From the NCBI GenBank assembly GCA_000146045.2, contig BK006941.2, positions 384,001 through 448,000 of the forward strand: a stretch of DNA of 64,000 bases. Direction: 5' to 3'. The DNA is from TPA_inf: Saccharomyces. Taxonomy: Eukaryota. The notes under the pieces were generated by a model that ran no database searches, was not told the origin of the DNA, and was given only the letters and a program-made list of their open reading frames with translations. Each line of letters opens with the position of its first letter. The first letter of the stretch is position 1. Position numbers and translations under genes: made by a program. Shown piece by piece: positions 44,601 through 55,638 of this stretch.

Positions 44601-47330
44601 ATGCAGAAGTGTGCTGGCCATGCACCACTGGTGACTGCAGCCTCGCGGGTCTCCCAAGACACCGTAGACGCTCTTTTGCAAGCTATTTTAAAGGCCTACC
44701 ATAAATTAGCTTCGATCGACAGTCACATTAATGATCCTGTTGAAATAGCCTTCAAGCTCATAAACTCTTTTAAGTATCTGCCAATTTCAGGCTCTTCTGT
44801 AAAAGATTTTGAGTCGGAACTGCGGGAGTTAGACGTTTTTTCTCCCCTTTTGCAGTCAGCCGTTACTGCTGCTAATAATAGCAATATCATATGGGACCTT
44901 ATAGCGGTGTTATTTGCATACATTTCCATCCATAAACAGCTCCATCCTTTGATCCTGCACAATCTGAACATATGGAAGGATTTTATGGCAGATAATGACG
45001 AAGAAACGGCGACAACCACGGACGGGGACTCAATGAATTTCGGCGTACTGTCGCTTCTTTCCATTGTTCAAAATTTTGAAGAAATAACGCCAAATCTATT
45101 TGAGTTTCTAAAGCTCGGTTTGAGATCCACTTTACTCAAGATATGGGTAGCACAATGGCAAAGATACGATCCTTCGGCAACGAACTTAATCAACGGTGAT
45201 GAGAAAATTTCTAGCTGGATAACAAAGGATTACCAGGTGGATTTTTTTATCATCACTTCATTAGCATCAACGTCCTCATTAGAAGTTTTGCCATCTCATT
45301 ATTTTGTGTACAAGATCTCTAAAAGGATCTCTCACTTCCCAAATTTAATTGATCCTAAACTATATCGATCTGCAATTTCTACAATAATGGAAAATGGGAT
45401 TTCAGACAATGGTGGTGGTGAGAACTCCAGCGACAAAATTGATCCGACTGATTTGTCCTTTCACTTACAAGTTTTAATGGAAGTTATTGACCATCCTGAG
45501 TTGAATTATTTGCAGGAAAATCGATTAATTTTGTTGCTCGACATTGCATTAAATTATTTAATCCTGGTTCCTACTCACTGTTTACATTCAAACTTTGGTG
45601 AATTGGGCTCTACTCAAAGTTTAGCATCCACTTTAAATATCATTCAGTTCCTTCTATCGAAATTCTTAATCAACATGGGCAGTATTTCGCAATTAATTAA
45701 TCAATACAACAGGAAATGCATCACTACTAATAACATCAATAATAACAACATTAACAACAATGGCGTTATTAATGGTAGTACTAACACCACTAGTACTACT
45801 ACTACTACCATCACTAATAACAATAATAATAGCAATAATAGCAGTATTAGTAATAATAACAGAAAAATAGACTGGACGCAATCATATCAAACGAGGTACC
45901 AAATTCCATACTGGTTTGAGGACTCAATTTTGCCACCAATTCCGCCTATTTCGAAATCGCTTTTCACTTTTGACAAGAACCTAGACCATGAGTCGGATTC
46001 AATTATGATTGTAAATGATGTATTACGCTGTTTGAATTTAACCATTCTTTTAATTTCTAAACTTCTAAGGGATTATGATGACCTGAAGATTAACCCACTA
46101 ATTCAATCATCAGATGATCACAGTAATGAAGACAATCATGTGATAATAGAACAATACATGCAGCTTTATCTCGTTCCATTATTTACTTCATTATTATTGG
46201 CCCAACAATTAAAAGACCGAGGCCAAGAACGAGATGAAGGACATAAAGAGAAAGAGGAAAATATAAATCTCATCGGGTCTTCCTCAGTCAAGAAATTATT
46301 TTCTCAACTAATTTTTTTTAGCTCTTTGAAATTGTGTGAAAATTTGGTCATAAAGGAAAAAAATTTAGCACTATATCATTTGATCAAATTCGCGACAAAG
46401 GTTTCTCTGGATGATTTGATTTTACAAAAAATATCCATAAACTTATTGAATCATTTGTTCTTCCATCAAATTAGGGATGGAAGTGATGATGATAATTTAA
46501 TTAAAAAGTTATGTTTAAAAAATCAACTTTCTTTCCAAGCTTTGAAAGATTACATCACATTGTGGAATGACGGTTCTGAAGTTTATAATGCATTTTATAA
46601 GGAGCTTTTCTATGAAGAGCAACCAAAGATTAAGCCAATAAAACTAACAACATCTGACTTGCTGAAATTATTCCCTGAGGATGTTCAATTTGTGATATCC
46701 ACTCCACCAAATACAATAACTTCAGCATCAACAAGCGATAATTGTACATCATCACAATCAGCTGCGCAGAAAAATATTGAAAACTTTACTACGTTATCGA
46801 AGTACGATGTCTACTCGTCCACATCTTTCATACCGTCCACGTCGAAAAACACTAACACTAACGTTAGTAAGCAGCAGCAGCAGCCTCAAAACTCTACTCC
46901 ATGTTCTTCCAACAGGTTTTTGTTCAACAAAAGCAGCCTAATTTCTCAGGAAAGTAATGGTAGCAACAATAACAGCGGCACACAAGGACCTGGTTCCATG
47001 AATGAGAGTTATTCTCTTGACAATTCATTCAACACAACCAATACCAATATGACGAGACAACCAACCACCTTAACTAGAGCAACCGATGCTATGACTACGG
47101 CACCTACGACACCAATTCCATACAAGAACACTAGTGGAAGCAGCAATAACAATCTATGGATTGAATCGCCCATGACAAATTTCAAGGGTTCCACCATCAG
47201 TAAAAGTACTAATAAGAGCAAAATGGTTAATACTGGTAAAAATTATATTTTAGGGGGCCACAATAAAGTTAAAAACAACAGTAGAGCTCAATCAATACAT
47301 ATAGATGACTTTGAAAATGAGAACAATTAA
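44601..47330 (+). CDS. Uncharacterised 909-aa protein with an internal Asn/Thr/Ser-rich low-complexity region
   Basis: Intact 909-aa ORF in the YGL036W position. No catalytic motif is recognised. Confidence 0.75.
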   Translation: MQKCAGHAPLVTAASRVSQDTVDALLQAILKAYHKLASIDSHINDPVEIAFKLINSFKYLPISGSSVKDFESELRELDVFSPLLQSAVTAANNSNIIWDLIAVLFAYISIHKQLHPLILHNLNIWKDFMADNDEETATTTDGDSMNFGVLSLLSIVQNFEEITPNLFEFLKLGLRSTLLKIWVAQWQRYDPSATNLINGDEKISSWITKDYQVDFFIITSLASTSSLEVLPSHYFVYKISKRISHFPNLIDPKLYRSAISTIMENGISDNGGGENSSDKIDPTDLSFHLQVLMEVIDHPELNYLQENRLILLLDIALNYLILVPTHCLHSNFGELGSTQSLASTLNIIQFLLSKFLINMGSISQLINQYNRKCITTNNINNNNINNNGVINGSTNTTSTTTTTITNNNNNSNNSSISNNNRKIDWTQSYQTRYQIPYWFEDSILPPIPPISKSLFTFDKNLDHESDSIMIVNDVLRCLNLTILLISKLLRDYDDLKINPLIQSSDDHSNEDNHVIIEQYMQLYLVPLFTSLLLAQQLKDRGQERDEGHKEKEENINLIGSSSVKKLFSQLIFFSSLKLCENLVIKEKNLALYHLIKFATKVSLDDLILQKISINLLNHLFFHQIRDGSDDDNLIKKLCLKNQLSFQALKDYITLWNDGSEVYNAFYKELFYEEQPKIKPIKLTTSDLLKLFPEDVQFVISTPPNTITSASTSDNCTSSQSAAQKNIENFTTLSKYDVYSSTSFIPSTSKNTNTNVSKQQQQPQNSTPCSSNRFLFNKSSLISQESNGSNNNSGTQGPGSMNESYSLDNSFNTTNTNMTRQPTTLTRATDAMTTAPTTPIPYKNTSGSSNNNLWIESPMTNFKGSTISKSTNKSKMVNTGKNYILGGHNKVKNNSRAQSIHIDDFENENN
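45720..45870 (+). repeat. Asn-codon-rich (AAT/AAC) low-complexity tract inside YGL036W
   Basis: It encodes NNINNNNINNNGVINGSTNTTSTTTTTITNNNNNSNNSSISNNN. Confidence 0.85.
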
Positions 47331-47400
47331 TTATCTCTGCGGAAGACTAAGACAATCAAAATATGTATTCTTACTATCATAATTAAATATTTTTATCGTT

Positions 47401-47421
47401 ATTAATTATTATTATTATTAC

Positions 47422-47458
<37 letters not shown>

Positions 47459-47460
47459 TA
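47401..47460. repeat. (ATT)n trinucleotide microsatellite, about 18 units, in the convergent YGL036W-MIG1 3' intergenic region
   Basis: An attattatt... run is visible, with ATT/TTA variants at the edges. Confidence 0.9.
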
Positions 47461-47547
47461 TTATTTATTAATTATTAATTGTTAATATTATTAATTCTTG
47501 TCTATTGTCTTTTGATTTATCTGCACCGCCAAAAACTTGTCAGCGTA

Positions 47548-49062
47548 TCAGTCCATGTGTGGGAAGGGCAACGGTAAACTTCTTATGGGTGGTAATGTTT
47601 CCAGTTCTTGAACTTGTGAATCCGACTGAGAAATGGGGGTTTGTTGGGTGGATATAGCAGTATTAATCATATTCACCCTTGGTGACAATAATAACGGGGT
47701 TGTACTTAACGAACTACTGGAAGCCATCATTTGATTTTGATTTTGATTTTGACTTTGGTTTGACGTATTTTGTGATTGCAGTAGGGTATGTTGCTCTTGC
47801 TGCTGTTGTTGAACGTTCAGTAATCTGTTGTTCAACTCCTTTTGGAAATCAGGAGATGATGAGGAGAAATGCAAGTGATTTTGGTTCATTACATACCCCA
47901 AAGTGTGCAAATTCGTACCACTAGTGGATCTACTTAGCATTGTCGTGGGCGTGGAAGTCTTAGATTTCTTTCTTGATTGCTCTTGCAAATAGTCTTGCTC
48001 AAGGTTATCGATACTAGAGTTAGACGGGTCCTTTAGTCCGTCTTCTTCATCCTCACCACCAGTAGTAAAATCAGAGTCAGATTCGTTGGTATTTCTTTGG
48101 CCAACCAACAAGTCGTTCAAACTTAAAACTGAACTTGGTCTCTTCAACTGTACGGAACTCTGAGTTTGTGCTCTGAGACTTCCATTGTTGTTTGGATTTG
48201 CATTGTTCAATCCTTGAAAATCCGTTAAAGATCGCGGCCTTGGTAATATAACAGTGTTGGAATAACGTGGTGAAAGAGAATTTTGTTGTTGTTGTAGTTG
48301 TTTCTGTTCAGGACCGTCTATGAAAACAGTCCTTGGCGCACTGCTAGCAATGGGCGTCATCATTTGTAGGGACGATAACGCGTTCAGTTTCAGTCTACTG
48401 CCACTATGGCTATTGCTCAACGAAGACAAAGCAGTGGAAGCGGATGAAGTTTGGTAGTTCATATTATTCAGTGCTAAAGAAGGTGGAGGCTTCACCGAGA
48501 CGGGAATCTTAGCCATCGTTTTGGGAGAAGAAACCATATATGGGTCATTCCCACCACTTTCGCCGATTTCGAATTTGGTTTTTCTACCTTTTCTTGTAGA
48601 AGATCGACTTGAATTTTCTTTCGGAGCAATAGCAATAGGAATTAAAGGCGATAGGTGTTGCTGTGGTAATGGCGGTGAAAAATTTGCCGTATTTAAATCT
48701 GGTATACTGGTAGCACTAGAACTAGCACTATTTATTGGAGAGCCCACAACCTTCTTCTTTCTGCCTCTTTTACCTCGAGGGTGGGAGTTTGTATGAATTC
48801 TTCTGTGTCTCGTCAGTTCATCGCTTCTACTGAACCTTTTCACACATCCGGGGAAGTCACACGCGTGAGGCTTCTCACCTGTATGAATTCTCATGTGTCT
48901 CGTCTGATGTTCCAGTCTGTGAAAAGCTCTATGACAGATAGGACAAGCATGTGGTCTTGGCGCCTCTGACTTCGCAGCTACTTTGGACTTGCTTTTACTC
49001 TCCTTCAATAGTGACCCATCATCAACGTTAGACACTTGTGTCATTGGATATGGGCTTTGCAT
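47548..49062 (-). CDS. MIG1: C2H2 zinc-finger glucose repressor, 504 aa
   Basis: Two C2H2 fingers ([53 protein letters not shown]) and Ser/Gln/Asn-rich regions. Confidence 0.95.
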   Translation of the reverse strand: MQSPYPMTQVSNVDDGSLLKESKSKSKVAAKSEAPRPHACPICHRAFHRLEHQTRHMRIHTGEKPHACDFPGCVKRFSRSDELTRHRRIHTNSHPRGKRGRKKKVVGSPINSASSSATSIPDLNTANFSPPLPQQHLSPLIPIAIAPKENSSRSSTRKGRKTKFEIGESGGNDPYMVSSPKTMAKIPVSVKPPPSLALNNMNYQTSSASTALSSLSNSHSGSRLKLNALSSLQMMTPIASSAPRTVFIDGPEQKQLQQQQNSLSPRYSNTVILPRPRSLTDFQGLNNANPNNNGSLRAQTQSSVQLKRPSSVLSLNDLLVGQRNTNESDSDFTTGGEDEEDGLKDPSNSSIDNLEQDYLQEQSRKKSKTSTPTTMLSRSTSGTNLHTLGYVMNQNHLHFSSSSPDFQKELNNRLLNVQQQQQEQHTLLQSQNTSNQSQNQNQNQMMASSSSLSTTPLLLSPRVNMINTAISTQQTPISQSDSQVQELETLPPIRSLPLPFPHMD

Positions 49063-49521
49063 GGCTATGGTAGTATGTCGTCTCCACTATACTCAACTCT
49101 CGTGTAGTTACAAGCGAGCTAGAATAAATGGCTCTCTTATCTTCGAAATGCTTTACCGGGCTTTCTTACTCTCCTTTGTCTTCGTTAATGAGTACTGGGG
49201 TGAAAAAAAAGGGTTATAATAAATAAATTATCCAAGAACGACTATTCTCTTTTCTTTTTTCTGCTTGCTCTTCCCCACTTTTCTCGTCCAGCCTGTTGTA
49301 AAAATTTGTTGTTGCTTCTTTCGTATTAGTTTTTCCGAAAGAAAGCGCCGCAGGGCCTTTACCATCACTCCAGGTTTTCCCGGAGTGGGGTGGCAGTCCG
49401 CAGTCTCTCGCGAAATCAAAGGCAACAAGCAGACACGTGGAGAAAAGCCAGGAGAACTCAAGAGCTCGAACAAGTATGCTAGCAACTAAACAAGCCGGCC
49501 TACGCCACTCTGGAGTTTCTC

Positions 49522-49527
49522 GCGGGG
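49522..49527 (+). promoter_or_regulatory. Candidate Mig1-type GC box (GCGGGG, with AT-containing flank AGTTTCT) about 460 bp upstream of the MIG1 ATG
   Basis: Match to the Mig1 core GCGGGG. A second, weaker GTGGGG lies at 49375-49380. Both are sequence matches only. Confidence 0.3.
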
Positions 49528-51624
49528 CCCGGCCGCTACAGGTTTCCTGAGAAGCCATTATAATGGCAACTACATTCATCAACACTCCATAAAATCCTAT
49601 CGAGTTACACTGCTAGTGTCGCAATTGCGCTTTTCTGCTGCTTAATTGTGGGCCCCAAGCTCTTATCACTTGCTACCATCCTATAAACTGTATGGAATGC
49701 CATCACAACTTTCGGAAAAATAAAGCGCTTTTTTACGCTATCAGTGGAGATATTACGAATTAGGCACAGGGAAGAAATAGATAAAAAATTCATGGGGCCA
49801 ACCCCAGACGTCAATCTTCTACACGTCAAGTTTTGAAAAAAATTAAATAAAAAATAAAAAAAAAAACCGGCGCGAAGGAAACGTGCTGGCTCGCTAACTT
49901 CTAGTCTTACTGTACTGACTACCTTCCAGTCCTACTGGTTATACTGCATTGTACGGCAACTTACACACCCCACGCACTTACTTTCCTCCACAATGCCATC
50001 TAGAAAAATCGATTACCCGCTAATTTTCCGGGAAAAAGTCGATTAATGTAGGTTAGTGGCAGCTATGCTAAGCAATGATAAAGGAACCATACACGATATT
50101 TCTACAGAAGGCTATTAAATAGGGTGAAATAGGATGAAGCAACAATCAAAAATTATGAAAGCATCCGTTTTCTCGCTATTCTAATAATGGGACAGAACTG
50201 CCAATTCTTGATCTGGTGATCCATACGATTAAAATAGGGGTTCATCGCATGGAAAGTCTGTAAATCACACTTGCCTACCATAAGGAAGTCATCAATTCCC
50301 GAATTTTAAACGGGTTTCTATGAGTATTTGGAGGATGTTCATTCTTGGTAACATTACTGATGACATTCAGTGATACACTGCCTTCAAGGAAACACACGCG
50401 ATAGAGGCAAAACAATGTTGCAACGGCAATTAATTTCTGTCATTGTAATGAATTTCTGCTCGTTGCTTCTAACCATATCTTGTGTAACGCTTGCGTTGAT
50501 ATGCAAAAATAACGAGATGGAATTTGCTGCCCTCTTTCAGCCATATGATGGCGGCAAAAACTTTGAAATTTGTGCACAGGATATAATAAGCTACTTCTTG
50601 ACTCTAACGCCGTACTACAGTTTACAAAAAATGTATACAAACTCTTAGGATTGGTCAAGAAAAGTAAATGTTGTACTGCTCCAAAGATATTGCGATGCCG
50701 TGATAATTCAAAAGGGTCGACCCAGTCTATTTCACTCGCGCGATAATCGTTCGTTATCCGAAGCTGGCCAATTGATACAATTAATTGACATCAGCAGACA
50801 GCAAATGCACTTGATATACGCAGCTTAAAGCAAGGGTAAATTATCTGAAAAAGGATTGAATACAATCAAAACCTTCACATACATTGGTAGTAATATCGAG
50901 CATCGCTATTAGCAGAGTATCTCGAAGTCTACCACGGCGAAAGTTGATTTTTTATCTGAGGTGCTGATCTTCGGACGCAATGCGCAAACGTAATTCCGTA
51001 GTTTTCCCAATTATTTTATTTTTTAAATTACACGTACCAGGTAGATCACATACATATACCCAACACCTGTTATATAGTGAATTGAATTATTCGGAACATC
51101 AATAATCCTTTGCTTATAATTCTTGTTATCATCCATCTTGCATCTTTATTTAATTATATTTTGCACAATAAGCTATCTATGTGAGCTGCGTACGGTGACT
51201 CCAAACAATCTGTTAATTTCCATATAAATAACTTGTAGTCGGATCGTACAATGGCTCTATATAGGTTTGGACCGGTATGTAACCTAATATGGCTGACTCA
51301 AAACCTGCTAGATAGTTATCCAAGTGAATTTGAGTCTCGTATCCTTTATCACATTTTTACAATAGTGGCTAGCTATCTTTTTCATGTTAGGCTCACCCGG
51401 TATTCTCATGCAAGATCAAACAAAAAATGGTAAAGTTTTGGACTTTACATTGCTTACAGTTGCTTTTTTATGAAGATTCAAAAGATTATGTCCTCGGCGG
51501 CTAAATTTTCCATTAATAATATTATCCTTTTACGCGACCGAAAAAGAGAAGCGTTTTAAGAGTTGTTTCTAACAAATATTAATAATAAAGCTAACGTGAA
51601 CTGACCAGGCTCTATTTGAAAGAT

Positions 51625-52401
51625 ATGGCACCGAAAAAGAAATCAAACGATAGAGCCATTCAGGCAAAAGGCTCAGAAGGTTAAGTATTTTTTTACATGC
51701 TCATCAAATACCGCCATTACTAACAATTGTACCCCGGGTATTTTATCAGCTGAACAATTAATAGAAGATTACTTGGTGTCACAATATAAACCATTTTCTG
51801 TAAATGATATAGTTCAGAATTTGCACAATAAAGTGACAAAAACAACAGCAACCAAAGCATTAGAAAATCTCGTTAACGAGAAACGCATAGTGTCTAAAAC
51901 CTTCGGAAAGATTATAATTTACTCTTGTAATGAACAAGATACAGCATTACCAAGCAATATTGATCCTTCTCAGTTTGATTTTGAAACTGTATTGCAACTG
52001 AGAAATGATTTAATAGAACTAGAGAGAGATAAATCAACGGCCAAAGACGCTCTTGACTCTGTAACTAAAGAACCTGAAAATGAAGATCTCCTAACAATCA
52101 TTGAAAACGAAGAAAACGAGTTGAAAAAGATTGAATCAAAATTACAAAGTCTACAGGATGATTGGGATCCAGCAAATGATGAGATTGTCAAGCGGATAAT
52201 GTCTGAAGATACGCTGCTACAAAAAGAAATCACGAAGAGATCAAAGATTTGCAAAAACCTAATTGCTACAATAAAGGACTCAGTGTGCCCGAAAAATATG
52301 AATGAATTTTTGGTATGTATTTTGAACATTTTTCGAGACCTTTTCTTTTGAATATACTAACGAAATCTTTACAGGAAGAAATTGGATTTGAGGACATTTG
52401 A
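51625..52401 (+). CDS. HOP2: Meiotic homologous-pairing protein Hop2 (TBPIP family), three exons: 51625-51679, 51750-52312, 52375-52401
   Basis: Exon 1 ATGGCACCGAAAAAGAAATCAAACGATAGAGCCATTCAGGCAAAAGGCTCAGAAG is followed by GTTAAGT, branch TACTAAC at 51718-51724 and a 3' CAG at 51747-51749. Intron 2 has GTATGT at 52313, TACTAAC at 52355-52361 and a 3' CAG at 52372-52374. The phases are consistent and give about 214 aa ending EEIGFEDI. Confidence 0.75.
51680..51749 (+). other. HOP2 intron 1 (70 nt) with a rare GUUAAGU 5' splice site
   Basis: Splice signals are listed under the HOP2 entry. Confidence 0.7.
52313..52374 (+). other. HOP2 intron 2 (62 nt), canonical GUAUGU...UACUAAC...CAG
   Basis: Splice signals are listed under the HOP2 entry. 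Without splicing the frame runs into a stop after ...NEFLVCILNIFRDLFF. Confidence 0.75.
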
Positions 52402-52569
52402 TGTGAAAAGCAATTGGTTGTTCCGTACCGGAACACTTGCTATTTTACTTATCATGATTGTTTTTTTTTCTTATTCTTTGCTATTATTATCAAATTATAT
52501 ATAGGTAAATAATCTTACACTAGTTTATAAGTGTCACGAACGATGAAATGGAAACTTGGGGGGGAAGGC

Positions 52570-52833
52570 TCAAAAAACATACTGTGTGTTTATGGGGCTG
52601 CCTTTGCTAGTTGTTGAGGGGTGAGAACCGCAATTACTGACAAACGTTACTGATTTGTAATATTCAAAAACTCCTTGCATTGCCTTCCCGTTGGCCAAAA
52701 TAGTAGTCGTTGACAAAGAGTACGGCGTCGATTCTAAAGTTGGTGAGGGGATTTGCTCGCATATAGTTGTCAGTTCCTGTGCTAAAACTGAAGCAATAAC
52801 AGAAAATATTGAAAAACAGCGAAGTAACTGCAT
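52570..52833 (-). CDS. AGA2: a-agglutinin adhesion subunit, 87 aa
   Basis: MQLLRCFSIFSVIASVLAQELTTICEQIPSPTLESTPYSLSTTTILANGKAMQGVFEYYKSVTFVSNCGSHPSTTSKGSPINTQYVF is the Aga2 sequence, read from the internal ATG. Confidence 0.92.
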   Translation of the reverse strand: MQLLRCFSIFSVIASVLAQELTTICEQIPSPTLESTPYSLSTTTILANGKAMQGVFEYYKSVTFVSNCGSHPSTTSKGSPINTQYVF

Positions 52834-53466
52834 CTTAATTGAAAATGTATGAAGTAGGTATAATATTTTGGCACACAAGTGACTGTTGAGAGCTTACAAT
52901 CATTCTAGAATGAGGAATACGTCAAAATGGAAACTTAACATATCACCTCTTCTTACAACTATTTATATTGTATATTTACAAGGGAAATCAATTGCCTGAT
53001 ATTCAGTATATTGGATCTGAAGGTATGAAACAGTCCCTTAATTAAGCTTTAGATGCGGACAGAAGTTTTTTTGTTAAACTTGCATGTCAAATTTCAAACT
53101 GCGTGTAATTACCGTATTCGGAAATTACATGGTTTCAGTAATTTTGCAATAAACGCAGCAACCGGTGATGGCGAAGTTTTACCATCAAACAATAACTTAT
53201 AATAACTGAATGCCGGCAGGTTGAAACAAATTCTTGAAAATTAGTCATTTATTCTATTGTGCGAATGTAATCCACTGAAATCATCTAAAGCACCATTACC
53301 ATTGTCTAGCCTGTGAATAAAAAAATATGGGAGTATAATGATAGAGAAGTGGATGGTAGATTATACCTCGCGAATGAATTATACAGAAAATAATACTAAA
53401 TTGAAATATTTAAAAATGATTTAAAAGAAAAATATTCATTGTACATAATAAGTTCGAGCATAAATC

Positions 53467-53934
53467 TTAACGAGAAGTAGCAGCAACCTTTTGGAAAGCA
53501 CCCTTAGCTTGTTGCTTGGAGAACTTAGAACTTTGAGTACCAGCAGACTTAGCCTTTTCAGCCTTTCTAGCAGCCTTTTCAGCCTTCTTCTTTTCTTTGT
53601 TGGCCTTCAATTTTTCTTCTCTGTTAGCCTTTCTAACTTCTGGCTTCAAAGATCTTCTTTCCTTGATCAAGTCCAAAGAAGCACCGGTAATTGGTCTTTG
53701 GGCCTTAACGGTTTTTCTAGATCTCTTCTTAGCAACTTCTTCGGTGATACCCTTCTTGTGATGCTTTCTGAATAAGACAGTCCAAGCGATTCTTCTTGGG
53801 TTCTTTCTTTGCTTGAACAAAGAGGCAGATTTGGAGTTTTGGAATCTGAAGATTTTGGAGTCACCACGGACAAACAAGGTACCTCTGCCTGGGTAGATTT
53901 TGGCACCTGAAAAAGAATCGATTTCAACCTTCAT
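53467..53934 (-). CDS. RPL24A: Ribosomal protein L24e, 155 aa
   Basis: MKVEIDSFSGAKIYPGRGTLFVRGDSKIFRFQNSKSASLF... is intronless. It is the A copy by position (YGL031C). Confidence 0.93.
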   Translation of the reverse strand: MKVEIDSFSGAKIYPGRGTLFVRGDSKIFRFQNSKSASLFKQRKNPRRIAWTVLFRKHHKKGITEEVAKKRSRKTVKAQRPITGASLDLIKERRSLKPEVRKANREEKLKANKEKKKAEKAARKAEKAKSAGTQSSKFSKQQAKGAFQKVAATSR

Positions 53935-54756
53935 TTTATCACTATATTAATCCACGTTTTTCAAACATATTTGAAAAAAAAAATGTTAGTAAGTCTATGC
54001 TTTTCATAGGTAGCCATCTTGTCAATATAAATAATGGTAATCCGCATGGTTGTTCAGGCGTTCGCAAAATTGTAGGAAGAGGAGAACGTGGAAATATGGA
54101 CTTTTTGCAAATTCAGAATTCATTTTACTAGGTTCTTGCAACATGGATAACATCTCACGCTGTTATTTTTCATGCTTCTCCATATCGTATATATGTAATG
54201 AAGCATTTTCATTGGGTTTCCTGCTCAAAGGTTGACATATATTATAAGTTATACTGGAACAAGCCACAATCCTGTCAAAGTCTAAATTCCGGTGTATTGG
54301 CTATCTGAAGCTCTCTCATATATTAATACATTGCTTTCTAGCACAACGCTGCCCTCGGTCGCCATTAATTATGAATCATCATCATATAGGGACATACCTC
54401 TCAAGTTATTGTCTTGGTGTCTTGCTTAACTTGGCAATAGCAACAGCGCAAACTGCGTAAACGTACTAAAATACACACCATCCGTTGAATATATCATGCA
54501 GTACATTGACAGTATATCACTTCTGGATAGGACGCCAACCGCCAGTCTGTGTGGTATTTCCTCCCGTCTCTGCGTGCCAGACGGGATCAGCCCGTCTATT
54601 CTCGTGTCGTCCTGCCTGGAGAGACTGAACCCCCATCTAGCACCGCAGTAAGGATCATTACTTTGTAGGCGGGAAATAAGAGGTTCAACAAGGACCAAAA
54701 AAAAAAACACTAAAATCTGAGATCAAAAATATGTGGTGCACAGATGTAACGTTCCA

Positions 54757-54776
54757 AAATGTATGGATGGTAAGGT
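54757..54776 (-). promoter_or_regulatory. Candidate Rap1 binding site in the divergent RPL24A/RPL30 promoter region
   Basis: The plus strand reads AAATGTATGGATGG. Its reverse complement CCATCCATACATTT matches the Rap1 consensus ACACCCATACATTT at 12 of 14 positions. Rap1 sites are typical of ribosomal protein gene promoters. Confidence 0.4.
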
Positions 54777-55090
54777 CTTTTTCCAAGAAACGTATCTTTT
54801 TTTCAGCTAGGGCCGCATTTAAATTTTTTTTTTTTTCAATTTTTTTTCCTATTGGAGACGGAATGGCAAAGCTCACGCTGGGCGATAGCACGTAACCACG
54901 CTGGTGTATTTTCATCCTAATCATTCTCTTTCATCTATTTCGATAAGCTACTTAATGTCGAAGTTTTAACTTCCATTTGTTGGAATGTTCATTACAGTTT
55001 ATACTTACTCCTTGCTCTTTTATAATATAACCAAACAGACCGGAGTGTTTAAGAACCTACAGCTTATTCAATTAATCAATATACGCAGAG

Positions 55091-55638
55091 ATGGTCAGTA
55101 TAACATGATTTTATAACTATTTCGCTTTATTCTTTCATGGGATTAGCAAGAAGGCTTGGAATACAAACATGAATTTTCAAAGTTTATTCCTGCTCTTGTG
55201 TTTGAGAGAGTCCGTTCAAAGGATGCTTCTCCATGACTGTGAAATAAAAGTGAGATATGCAAAAACTTTGAATAATCTACTAACAAGTTAATACGTTATT
55301 TTTTATCGTTTACATTTCAACAGGCCCCAGTTAAATCCCAAGAATCTATCAACCAAAAGTTGGCTTTGGTTATCAAGTCTGGTAAGTACACCTTAGGTTA
55401 CAAGTCCACTGTCAAGTCTTTGAGACAAGGTAAGTCTAAGTTGATCATCATTGCCGCTAACACTCCAGTTTTGAGAAAGTCCGAATTGGAATATTACGCT
55501 ATGTTGTCCAAGACTAAGGTCTACTACTTCCAAGGTGGTAACAACGAATTGGGTACTGCTGTCGGTAAGTTATTCAGAGTCGGTGTTGTCTCTATTTTGG
55601 AAGCTGGTGACTCTGATATCTTGACCACCTTGGCTTAA
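55091..55638 (+). CDS. RPL30: Ribosomal protein L30, 105 aa, two exons: 55091-55093 (ATG only) and 55324-55638
   Basis: The ATG is immediately followed by the non-canonical 5' splice site GTCAGT. The branch TACTAAC lies at 55278-55284 and the 3' CAG at 55321-55323. Exon 2 encodes [28 protein letters not shown]... The 230-nt intron matches the known RPL30 intron. Confidence 0.93.
55094..55323 (+). other. RPL30 intron (230 nt) with GUCAGU 5' splice site
   Basis: Splice signals are listed under the RPL30 entry. Confidence 0.9.

Noticed and set aside
50440-50658. 72-aa and 92-aa overlapping ORFs in the MIG1-HOP2 intergenic region (dubious YGL034C area)
   Set aside because: They are short, mutually overlapping on opposite strands and sit in promoter DNA, with no domain signal.
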